The notes under the pieces were generated by a model, which worked only from the letters and a program-made list of their open reading frames with translations, made no database searches and had not been told where the DNA came from. Of a DNA stretch of 64,000 bases, positions 52,300 to 64,000 are shown piece by piece (the first letter of the stretch is position 1; each line of letters opens with the position of its first letter). The DNA comes from Tubiluchus corallicola. Taxonomy: Eukaryota; Animalia; Priapulida. The stretch covers positions 744,180-808,179 of the forward strand of contig JAQGDQ010000005.1 of NCBI GenBank assembly GCA_030141605.1, in the 5' to 3' direction. A program made the translations under genes and the position numbers.

Positions 52300-53340
52300 T
52301 TTTACAATAAATCGCACACTATCGCAGAAATTGCGCAGTTTTGAGCAGGCGTCAATTTTATCTGTTTTTCCGGAACTGAAACTGCTGAAGTGTTATTATA
52401 TGTATACAGTGCGATTGTTCCCCACGGAAAACTTTACAACCTTGGGCTTCCGAATATTAACGCGCTTTCCTTTCATAATATTCTGTAAAGTGTCCCAATA
52501 AGGACATATCATAGGCAGCAAAAGCTAAAAGGGCGAGCTTGCCGAAAGAAACTAGCCTGTTTCTCCAGTTCAATACTTGTTCAAGTTCATTTTTATTCAA
52601 CTGGTTCGGAAGGTAGCAAATCGATATAACGTGAAAACTTAATTTGTTTGCCATTTGAGAATTGCAATCGATTACTTTTGCTGAGGTGATCTGAGATCTA
52701 ATTAGAAGTCTAATTCATTCTTATGGATCAGCTAGGCCGTCTGTAACGGTCTATTATATGATATCGGTATGTCAAAGGTATATAGAGTGCGGTCTGCAAA
52801 TGGATTATAATTATAGTGCTCAGTGTTACAATGACATCACGAATGCTACATTTTAGATTGTGTCATTGCTTAGTATCCTCACAAATGTCACATGAAGATA
52901 AAATAAAATTTTCTAATCATAATTGCGTATCTTTTCCGTTTTTTTCACGTATTAATGACACTGACATTTGGAATCGATGTGTCAAGATAATAAATATCCA
53001 GCATTTTATTTTACCAGTCAAAGGGACTTTTTTGCAGACATTTAATTTCACGATTCTTCGCCATCTTATAAATTCCTATCTTGCTCTAATTTTACTGTAT
53101 CGACGAACTAGTAACATTTTATTTGTCGTAATCACTGCCTTTGCATGGTCTTTAAAGAATTTAAATCCTTTATTCATTTTTTCAGTCATCATTACTTCAT
53201 TATTCTTTTGTCGTTTGAGATTAAAAACTCCTAACATTTTTTTCTGCAAAAGTCAAATCAGGCAGCCAGTAAGTTTTCTCCGGTTTCTTTTCTAGTACGT
53301 ACAGCTTCATTTTACTGTTTCCTAATCTTTCTGTTAATTT
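52300..53340 (-). mobile_element. Possible highly decayed LINE (ORF1 end / APE endonuclease remnants)
   Basis: Minus-strand fragments PDLTFAEK and FHVISICYLPNQLNKNELEQVL...LVSFGKL loosely resemble LINE ORF1 C-terminus and endonuclease motifs. Many stops. Confidence 0.3.
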
Positions 53341-54126
53341 GGCTTCATTTAAATGTTACAGTGGAGAATCGTTCACTGGAAGAGCACATACAGCATAGCT
53401 GTATTAGATTCTTGAATCCATCCCTCTATTTACTGGGTAAATTGTATTTTGTCTGTACAGGACAGTAGACTGTTAGTGTGTAGTCGGGACTCAATCTTCA
53501 GGCGCTGAACGATTGTCTTGTTGGTTATGGCAGGACCGGCATTCATTATCGAAGATAAACCGCTAATCACGTTCACATGTGTGTACTTCCTCCCCCAGCA
53601 AAAGAAAGTGTGACAGATGAAAACCAGTCAGAAGCATTTTTTTCTCTATGGTCACCAATCCATTTACAAACCTACATTTGTGCTGTTTAACTATTGTAAA
53701 CAAACACACGCCATGATCTTCTGGTCCGCTTTAACTATAACTATTCTATCTGCCATTATGGCTTTGCTGGTCCTGAAATCATATTAATTAATCAATGCTT
53801 TTAGTGGCTGCTGCTTCCATTCTGTGCAGTCATATAGTTTTACGATCTACCAGGGCAAACACCAGTTATGTTTTAATGTCAGACATGATATGGTGAAAAC
53901 GTGAACTGAATTATTTGGTGTACTTATTTACTCATTTGTTTGTTAGTCTGATTATTCGTTAATTTAATTTACTTTCTTTCAGTCATTTATTTCATTATTT
54001 ATTTTCTAGCCTTTTGTTTTTATTACTTACTTGATGCACTCACTAAGTCTTAGCTTGATTTCCTTTAGTGCACACTCTAGACAAATTGAAATGAACCAAC
54101 TCGAGAATTAGATTTACATGCACAAG

Positions 54127-54399
54127 ACAGGAAGTCGTATTTTTAATTTACTCACGGAATATTTTTTTCTTGTTATACAACCCTTGAACAGTACTGTAAA
54201 AAACTGATACAGGAAGTCCTCCAGTTACAGAAATAATACATATAAAATACATTAAGGACAGTGTTTGCAATCAATATTCACTTATCAAATTAATAAGCTG
54301 CTGATTGGTAAAAAGAAAAAAGACAGTTATACTGTTACACTTAATCTGTGACGTTGAAAATTATAGATTTCTTTGAACAATTCATAAAAGACAGGAAGT
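54127..54399 (+). promoter_or_regulatory. Cluster of three ETS-type sites (ACAGGAAGT)
   Basis: Exact 9-mer at 54127, 54209 and 54391, plus a TGACGT half-CRE near 54348. Confidence 0.45.
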
Positions 54400-54511
54400 G
54401 GCATAAAAGGCAACAATTCATACCCTCAGCTCGAAGGAGTGTATTCACCAGCAAAAAAAAACACTGACCAAATATTTTATTTGTTTCACCTAATAAATTT
54501 ATTTTTTTCAG

Positions 54512-57500
54512 AATGATTGGATGTTGTGCAGCAGTTTGATGTGTATATACAATCTATAGAAACCAGGTTGTGCATCAGTCGACTAAGGAGCTTAAAAAGT
54601 TGATCAGCAACTTACAGAAGTGCTAGTTATTCTGGTCAGTTGGGAAAATGGGTAAAAATCTGGTACTTTTCATTTTGATGTACCATTTAGCAATGCAGTA
54701 ATGTGGTACTTTTCTAAGAAGTCTTGTAATTATTGTCTTTCTTTGGTCTGTAGTGCTACGTAGAAAATGTTGCATTATGTTACCATGTCGAATCACCATT
54801 TGTGCAGCTTTTGTACTTTTAGAAATCTGAATGTTTTAGGTTTCACTGGTTGGTTTACTAGTAGTACTAGTATTGTGTATGGTTGCTTTTTGGGTACATT
54901 TTCAAATGCTTGCGTATTCTAACGTACCTTTTTGTATGAGTTTTTAAAGAAAATGTTCAATATACTTTCACGTGCAGCTGAAAGTATGTGCATTGAAATT
55001 TTACATCGTCTCCTTGTCATCTCACTTTCGAAGAGTTCATGTTTTGTGACAGCCACATTTTAATAGACGTGTCAACTATTGAAAAATTCAAATGAATTCT
55101 GTTGGTAAATTTTCAATCTGTAAAATGTACAGACAGAACTACTAGTGCACAAATTGCTAGCCTAGTGAAATAAACTACATTACTTTGTGACCACACTGTT
55201 AATGTTTTTACCTACTGTTGCATGCTTGGATCATATGTCTTTGACCTGGCAGTAGTTTATTGCCTTTGGAATGAATTATTTAAATTACCAAGTATTTTGT
55301 TTCTGCTAGAAACGTGCGTTTTGAAAACAACTTTTTTGGCAGTTTTTTAAACTGACTTCAGAATTTGCTGATCTTCTTTAATGTTTGTAACCTATTATTA
55401 GGTTTAATGTTAAGCCCAATATATTGTATTGTTAGGTAAACCAACCTTCTGACCAGGCTTTAGATGTCCTTTATACATCGTAGTTTTTATGACAAAAATT
55501 TTCATGTCAGATATGCTAAAAACTATATGAACACGGCAACACACAAACACACTTCGAGCTAGTGTATATTAATTGGTCTATGGATAATTGAAGTTATGGA
55601 ACAATATTCAAAGATTAAAAAAATAAATTACTTAAAATATTTGAAAACCTAAATTTGTTTTTGAATACGCCACAAGGTAATTACTTGTCATCTTCAACTA
55701 GAGCTCAACTGTCGATCAGCTTCAATTAGAGGTATATATGTGGAAGGTGAGCAAAATAAGTTTCCTGATTTCACTTCGTTTTTAAGCATATCTGTGTGAA
55801 TTGACTGTGTGCTTAACTTACAGTCAAATTTGGCATAGCCTCCAAACAGTAGTCTTGTTCCATCAGGACATCTGGTTTATAGTTAGTTGTTAAGCACAGC
55901 AACTGTTTGCCGTAATCTCAAAAATGCTTCTACGTGCCCTGGTTTCATCTGCTGCTGTTTTTTTTCAGAAGTAAAAAAGCACCTTTCATAATAAGTTTTT
56001 GACACAGCGTAATTGGTGTTTCTGGGTGGAAAAAAATGCAGTCCTTTATCTTTGAGAAAAGTCTCCTTTCTCTACAAATAATAGATTTTGAATAGAACTG
56101 AACTAAATGCATCAGTATCATAATACTGCATATAAAAAAGTGCTCAAATTTTTTTATCAGCACAACCTGGGCAATTAGTTGCTGTAAAACCAATGTGGCA
56201 TTAAAAACGTTGAATCCATGCCTTTTCCCATAAGCACTTCAGCACCATCAAGACAAGTTTGCCGGCATTGAATATGCTTTTTAACTTTCTAAAGCTTTCT
56301 TTGTTATTTCCTTAGCAAATGTATCCATTTTTTTATAAATTTTATATTAATTATTATTTCATTACAAAATTGTCAGGTTTATAATATAAGGTGTTAGCAA
56401 AACAGTATAGAGGCCCTCTATCCTTCTGTTCGGGTAACTTTCATGTTAATATTTTCACCTTTCTAAAAAAATAAGGAATTTGGGTTATTTATTACTGTTT
56501 TTTATGTGTAAATTTAACTTAGCTAATGGCGCTTATGTGTTTCTTAATAAAATTGTTTATCAGAACATTTTTCAGGTTACGTGCCTGTTTTGCATGTTGA
56601 TTTGCTGATCTAATTATTACATAGTGCCATGTTGACAATCGTTAGTGATGTATCCAATGTAAGCAGCGCATCTGTTTTACATTTGCACATTACATTCTTG
56701 GTGCCATATTCAATAAAACTTGTAAACAGTGTTTTATTGGGACACTCTTGCATCAAGTTTTTTTTAGCTTACACTGTCTTGTTAGTATTGTGTCCACTTT
56801 ACTGTTAGACAAATAACAGGTCTTAAACAGCTACGGGGTATGTGGGCGGTGTAATAAGCTCTCCAGTGGGGTTCAGGGAAAGCGTCCTTACGTTGGAGCA
56901 AAACAATGCAAAATTTTAGGTCTTAATTCAAAAAAGGTATTACTTTTTAATCAGTGAATTAACTAGTTTTCGTCAGCTAGTTTTTATACAGTAGCCGGTA
57001 TAAGTTTTAGCCTGTTCAAACCATTTAACCGTGCGGCATTACTGAGCAAAAGAAGCACAGCAAGATGCATTTGTTCCAATTTACTTGTTGACATACTTTT
57101 GCCAAAGACAATCAGGCCAACTGGTTAAAGCTAAATCTGGTTGCACCATAGTGCATCTTTAATGCACCAAACTTTTTTAAGTTTAAAACAAAATAATCTA
57201 CTATGCGGTAAAATGAGTTCACTCATTATTCTCAAGAAACGGTTTGTTTTTCCTGAAAAGTTATAAAAAAATGATTTGCAGCATATTATCACAAAGGGTA
57301 GCAGCAGCTAAGTACAATAAACTATTTGTGAACATTGTTAACCACATTCTACTGTTGAATTTTGCTAACTGAAAGACAGAAATTGCGCTACTAACGTGTT
57401 ACAAGTAGCCTTATAGCTAACTAAATGGTGAGAAAACTAAAAGTGCGATCTGGCGAGACATTTTTTCCTTAGGTACAGGGTCTGTAATTTTAGGCTCTCG

Positions 57501-58560
57501 AGTCTGCGTTCCTTCACACTTTAAGCACTGATTATTAGGTTCTGTTGTGTAAAGAATTGAATTTGATTAAAAGAGGACGTAATTTGATTTATGGTATATA
57601 CAGTAAATTTTCTTACAAAAAATGTCTTGAAAATAATCACCTGTTGTATTAAATAATTTATCATGGCATGTGATGTAGGAAGGATCGTAGACTATTGATT
57701 TTATTCACTCTTACTGTTTCAGCAATAAGCATTGCAAGTAGTACTTGATTGAAATTATGGAAAACGAACTAATCAAAAACTATTTATCTTGTCACTTTTA
57801 GCACAGGTGTATTGTTTAGTATAGTTCCTTTAGAATTTCCTGCCAATTTATTTGTTATTGTTTCAAATTTCCTGTATATGAGAGTTCTCTTTTTACTGCT
57901 ACAGTATTTTGTCTAACTAACCAAGCTGTAAAAAGTCTAAATCACTCACTAGTTCTCAGTAAGTTATATTTCATGAGTTTTTCGACTTGTGTAATTTAAG
58001 AAACTTGTTTATTGCACTGTTTTTTCATGTACAAATCATTTTTCATTGTCACGGTTACATGGCCTATAATTGTTTGTAATTTAGGTGGATATGCTATAGT
58101 AAACATTTTCTATACCTCCTTCTGTATAGTATACCCACATATTACATTTAACTGTCATTGTGTGTGATACGGATTATTATTATAATTATTAATATTATTA
58201 TTATTATTATTACAGATAATTTTACTTGTGTATAGATTGCAATGAAATCTGGTTTATTTTGCTTTTGTGACGCTGAAGAGATTCTTGTATAGCATTTTGT
58301 TTTGCAGTAACTTAACAATGATTACCTAAATTGGTGGTAATTATTATAATTTCTCCTCATATTGTTTTATCAGTAATTATAAGAATAGCAAGAGCACATG
58401 TAAGCAAACTATAATAATATAGAAGTTTATTGTAAGTACTGGTGGTTCTGTTGTTTTGTTTATTTCAAGATTATTAGTACAAAGCAAACTGTTGTACATT
58501 GTTGGTGAACAGAAAGTTTTTGCTTCAAAACATTTAATAAATTTCGCAGGCAAAGTTGGT
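54512..58560 (+). other. Candidate non-coding terminal exon (3' UTR) of the F-BAR gene
   Basis: Strong acceptor cctaat...ttttttcAG at 54510-54511, T-rich UTR-like composition, and AATAAA near 56712 and at 58536-58541. It would pair with the otherwise unpaired donor GTAAGT at 43299. Confidence 0.5.
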
Positions 58561-59209
58561 CATGGCATGTGCGTGGGGTTACACTGATCTGATTTGTAAA
58601 TAGAAGGCACAACAGTCTAAGACATGGTTAGATACCTCTGCCAATATCTTTAAACGATTGTCCTTGGTAATGAACCAGGTTCCGATCACCCCAGCAACCA
58701 TCTAAAGGCTTGGTGTGCTTGATTCAGCTTCACAAATTTGCTGTGCGTGGCATAAATTACCTAATTGTTCACAAACAGGAAAAAAATATTCTGAGTTTAG
58801 AAACTCGCCTTTATTACTATAATCATTTGAGACGGTCAGTACTTTTGAGATGTGCGGTAATGCAAAGTTGCAAACTAAATTAGTAACTAACAAAAAACAG
58901 ATTAATTCTAGTGTTTTCATTTCTTTCGGACATTGCTTCATAGTAAGGAATAATAAAACTTGATCTTGGAAAACTTGCTCACTGCTAATTAATGAACTAC
59001 TAGTTTACCAGTGCAAACATACTTGCAATCCTATCTGTAGTAAAAACACAGCAATATAACATAATGTACTTTCTAAACCCAATGTTTAACTATAACGAAT
59101 TTTGGTGTGAATTTTTCTAGTTTACTAAAAGAGTGCAGTGTGAAAAAGCAAGAGAAGAGAAGATGAAAACAGATTAACACAGCAATTTGTCGTAGAGAAT
59201 TTCAACATT

Positions 59210-62200
59210 AAATTGATTTAATTATGTCAGTTTTTGCACCCAGGGCTCCTATGGCTAAAATGCCATATTAATTAATCTTAACCAACAGGTACCTTTAAGA
59301 AGTGAAATGACAATAGCATACAAGATAACAAACTGAAAAATAAACAGACTAGTAATAAAGTAATATGTGCAGGTGCCAATTGGGACCAGCAAATGAAAAC
59401 AAAAGAAATTAAAACAACATCACAAGTTAACATAATCAGAATATCACACGAAATAATGTTAAAAATATTACCGACACTTCAATATAATACAAACAAAATA
59501 TTTGGAAAAATCACTGGTAACAATCAAAAGTTTTGTGTAGCACATGATGTCCTTAAGCATGTGCATAATACCATATCAATAATAAGTTATTTAGCATACA
59601 AACTTATAAGCCAATTCTAGCATGATTACAGCAATCAGCAAAATCATGTTTCTTGATTTCACTAGAGTAATATGCAAACTAAAGTCGCAGTTATTGGGAA
59701 AATGACAGATCACCTGCAAAGAGATCTTGATCGGCAAACTCTTGTAGTGCTACTAGTTACTGCATTGACCTAATCTTACAAAAAGCAAGGTATAAGGTTC
59801 AAGTCCCAAAAAGGGAAAAGTCGTTAGCTATAATTCACGTGACTTGACTGAAATAGATATGATAATGCTCAATGTGAATTAATTCTATCATTGTTAAGTA
59901 ATGATTAGGTACGTGATGCAAGTTACATTCCATGTGTGACAAATAGTCATAACAAATCATTAAATTACATTTCATAATTGTACCACTGTATGTACTAACA
60001 AGTTTGGCCCTTTATAAATATCAAACAACAATGCACAGGCACAAGCTTTAACAACTATAATTAATAATTAGTGGTATTTGCAATTTCAACAATACCCTAT
60101 CATGATATAGTGCTTTCGTAAAGACGAATGTGCAAATTGCACGAATGCACATAAATGTAGAAGAAAAATAAAAAACCAAGAAGTTTCTACAAAATTACAT
60201 TGCGTTAAATTATGTATCCACTAACCACAGTAATGCTTAGATGAAAACATACTGAAAAACAAGCACTAAATTTTTTCCATCTCCGTGCTCTCAACTAGAA
60301 ATTTACATGCACTTACAGTTGCAGCAAAAAAATTACATTATATCTACGATGCCACAGCTATCAGTGCCCACCTGTACACTAATTACAGGTAAACAACTAA
60401 CATGTAACACATAACCGAAAAAACACGAGACATTATTACAAACAGTGTTGTCAACACCACACAATATGACACAAATATTGAAGGGAGTGGAATAGCAACA
60501 CTGATAAGAAAGCGATGTTGGTGTTGAAGCATGTGTAGCCAAACTACAAAACGACCTGTGCTAACCTAACAAATCAGTACATGCAAGTGGCTGAGAGACA
60601 CAAGTAAAATGCCAATGTCTCTTCATCTCTATCCCACAAGTTTATAATTTGTCCATTTTCGCGCCAGTTTCTCAGCCTTTTTCAATGCTGCATTAAATGT
60701 CCATGCACATTTTAACTGAAAAAAATATGAGCAAGATCTGTAAAAAATTCTACATGCAAGCACACAGATATCGAACATCAAGATTTATGAAGTTTAGCGT
60801 CAATGCATGCATAGAATTTCATCAGGAAAATAGAGCGCTTACACGAATGCGATGGCAGCCGCGAACAGTCCATGGTTCAACTGTCAACATACACAACATT
60901 TGAAGAAAAAAATTAACTAAACTAAATACAGGTTTAGGTTTAGAAAGCTGAAAACGATTATAAACAGTTTGCAAACTATTTCATCACTTCACATTACCTG
61001 TAAATGTTATCATTACAGTGTAGTAAAAATTGTCTGTTGGTTAAAAAGTCATGCATTCTATACTTATTGTTATTGTAACAATATCAACGCTTTTACATAC
61101 AATAGTGACACCACACACATAATTTGCACTGCTATTTCGTGCACATCTTTGGGTAACTTTGTTGAATGTACTACAAAATATACTGCATGTAACAAGAACA
61201 AATAAAACATGTACCACACACACGTGTTCCAACTGAAAATATGCCCAGCATACACTAGGTAAAAAAACCCAGGCAACCATTCCGAGTTCAAAGATACATA
61301 CAAAATCTTCTAAAACAAACAATTTTGCCTCCATCTTACAAGTTTTCTCTAAGTTTCAATATAACTTTGGCATAACAATGCTGTTTGCTATTTCTCTGAG
61401 CATTCAAGCAAATTATTTCAATAACTACTCTAAAACTTTTAATTAAATGGAACCATTAGCTTGAAAGATGATAAAAAATACCATGTATACCAGCCTTGTT
61501 TTTGGTTATTGACAAAATTGACCAAGCACTACAGGATACTAAAGGCATTAGTTTAAAACCGACAAATCACTGAAAGTGGAATTTAGGGAAACTCGCCAGC
61601 AATTAAAGATGAAAAAAATCAACGAAGATGTACTGAACTGGTAGCTGAAACAAGTAAGCAGCAACCTTACTAAACGGATTCGGCGGTAGAAAAGTTCAGA
61701 AGTTCTACAAATGGTAACAATAAGTAAAAAAACTTTATAAAATCACACTGAATTAAATACTACAAAGCCATCGAGTTTACAATTTTAAATTTCTGTTAAA
61801 TATTTCACATTATTATTAAACCAAACTTATACTGAAACAAAAAACAAACTATTAAGACTGGAAAATTTACCACTATCTTTTTGGGAATAACTTGTATTGC
61901 TCACTGTTTACAATTTTGTACTTGACACTTCATTAAAAACTGGAAAGATTTGTCATCTTGCAAGTACTAATTCACAAATGAACTTCTACTGTTTACAGCA
62001 GTAATATGTGTTGTATGCCTGCAATTAACACAGTCTTAGACAAAAATTACAGTCCACTATTATAAAGAGATAATTATTTGATACATGGAGATTATACGTT
62101 ATTAAATATTGAAGTCACGAGTACAATGTTTACCATGAATATATAAGGACACATGGTGCTTAACCACTAAAATCTGCACTTACGATATAGTTGCTACACC

Positions 62201-62647
62201 CAGAACATCAATGGTACTTATGTTCTGCTCTCCCATAAGTAAACTAGCTATTAGTAGTGTCAGACAGATTAATTAAGCTACCAACGACTTACACATTATA
62301 ACCTTCTAGAATAGTGTAGCAATGTATGCAGATAACACTTCAACATTTAAGAAAAAAAGAACATTCATCAAGGATGAACATGAAATTGATACTAGGAACT
62401 CTAACCCTATTGTAAAATAATATTCTGATTACAATGCCATACATGCTTGCTTTAATATTGCTCACTTTACAAATTAACAGTTCAACTATATCCTTAACAT
62501 ATTACACTTCATAGCAATAATAATATAACATAGACCATACTTCTATCAACAATAATAATTAACTTATTATCATAAGATGAGGCTTATTTATATTTACTTA
62601 TTTATATAATCGTGCTAGACTATGTATTATTTGCTTTATCGTGATGC
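59210..62647 (-). other. Probable long 3' UTR of dynamin
   Basis: A-rich on plus (U-rich transcript) down to a minus-strand ATTAAA at 59217-59222. End position uncertain. Confidence 0.4.
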
Positions 62648-63872
62648 TTATCGTGGTCGATCAGGAATACGTGGAGGAATGTTCGGTATAGGTCGACTGA
62701 AATAAAACAAATACCATATTAAGGACGAAACTTTATTAAAAGTCCTACTATTGAAAGACATACACTTTATAATTATATAGCACATGATGAATTGAGCCTA
62801 AAAATGTCATTTAAACCAAATTTTACTAAAATGAAAAAAAACAGGAAAAAAGTAATACATTATGGAGAGACACTGAACTAACATAGAGCATCAAATCATC
62901 TGGAAAAAACAGGTTAACTAATAATAAAGACAGGCGCTTGCTATTAAATGAAGAATAAAGAATAATAATAATAAAGATGAGTGCAGTAACGTTCAGCTAC
63001 TGTTAGTTTTATCACTGAACATTTCATTGAATTTATTAACACATCATAGAAGAATTGTGTTTAAATGTAGTAGAACAAACTGCTAAAAAATACACATTAA
63101 GAAATTTAGCGTGCATGACAACACCTTAACTGCTGAGTCTATACTGTAATCTGGTACAGACTGATCATTCATATAATTTTTACCCCCACAAAATGCAATA
63201 ACAAATTTCATAAGAAATACAGTCATGTAGGCCAATAAAAACAAAGGAGGCTATAACAAAACTAACAAAAGGTCTGTGCAGCAAATTTCATGACGTTTGA
63301 CCCCCACTCTCATTGCAAATTCAATAAGTTTTCACCTACATGATACTAACAAAGTATTAAGAAATAGACACACGATATATGAAATATTACAGCCCTAGCA
63401 CTCAAGTGTAAGCATTAGCTGACTTTCTTATAGTGTAATATGTAACTGTGACAAATTTGCTCAGACTAAATACTGCAATAAAATATACTTTTTGAAAATA
63501 CACAGACTGAAAACAGGTTACTTAAAAAACACTTACAGGGGTAAAAATGACGAGGCATTCTTCAAATAAAATGAAAACTGGAAGGAGCTATAATCTGTGA
63601 CAAAGAAAGAAAATTTTGACAACTGGCTCTTAAAATCATTTCCATGTGCCTGTAATTTTGTAAAACGTTCGACTGAGTAAAAAAATCAGAAATTTGGTCT
63701 CCTGAGCAATGGAAACACTGACAGAATTGTACCATTTGACAATTGTGGCCCATATACACATTTACATTTCTTTACAAAGCACCAAGAAACAACTATTACC
63801 TTGGTATGAGAGGAGGTGGAAGGTTAGGAGGTCCTCCTTGCTGACTCCTCTGTGGCAAAGATGGTGCAGCAG
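62648..63872 (-). CDS. DNM: Dynamin C-terminal proline-rich domain, last two coding exons (gene enters from right edge)
   Basis: Exons 63872-63800 and 62696-62648 are GT-AG with a phase-2 junction and give AAAPSLPQRSQQGGPPNLPPPLIPS-RPIPNIPPRIPDRPR*. RP.PNIPPRIPDRP matches invertebrate dynamin tails as I recall them. No GTPase or GED exons are in the window. Confidence 0.75.
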
Positions 63873-64000
63873 CTAAATAGAAAAGTAGTTGCTGTTAAAA
63901 ATTGAGTTAATATTGTTGAAAATAATGCCGTTTTTTAATGTCATTTAGGCTTATATGAACAATGAAAGCAATTTTAGCACACAATTCTCAAAATTAGATG

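Noticed and set aside
52816-53295. 159-aa hydrophobic ORF
   Set aside because: No homology recognised, non-ATG start, and probably the antisense of decayed repeat DNA.
1-64000. CRISPR arrays, tRNA/rRNA genes, prokaryotic operons
   Set aside because: None recognised by eye; the sequence is spliceosomal eukaryotic DNA. Small ncRNAs cannot be excluded without a covariance-model search.

Overview
AT-rich, intron-rich animal (invertebrate-looking) nuclear DNA. Six protein-coding loci were reconstructed by reading splice sites by hand. (1) The 5' part of calcyclin-binding protein/SIP (CACYBP, minus strand), which runs off the left edge. (2) V-ATPase subunit G (3 exons, plus). (3) rRNA-processing protein EBP2 (3 coding exons, minus). 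(4) A CIP4/TOCA/FNBP1-family F-BAR-HR1-SH3 gene (14 coding exons, plus). (5) An intact intronless AMPK gamma-subunit ORF (plus). (6) The last two coding exons of a probable dynamin (proline-rich tail, minus). Introns and spacers hold many decayed transposons: CR1/L2-type LINE, Tc1, hAT-type and pogo-type MITEs, Helitron-like ends, an AcademX-like remnant and a possible solo LTR. The main leads are a 12-nt microexon that would insert 4 aa into the SH3 RT loop of the F-BAR protein, with neural-type splicing signals; its likely SH3 ligand dynamin lying tail-to-tail next door with a candidate alternative tail exon; an AMPK-gamma retrogene apparently nested in the F-BAR gene's last intron; and a gene set matching the vertebrate MHC paralogon. 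All identifications come from recalled family motifs; no searches were run.
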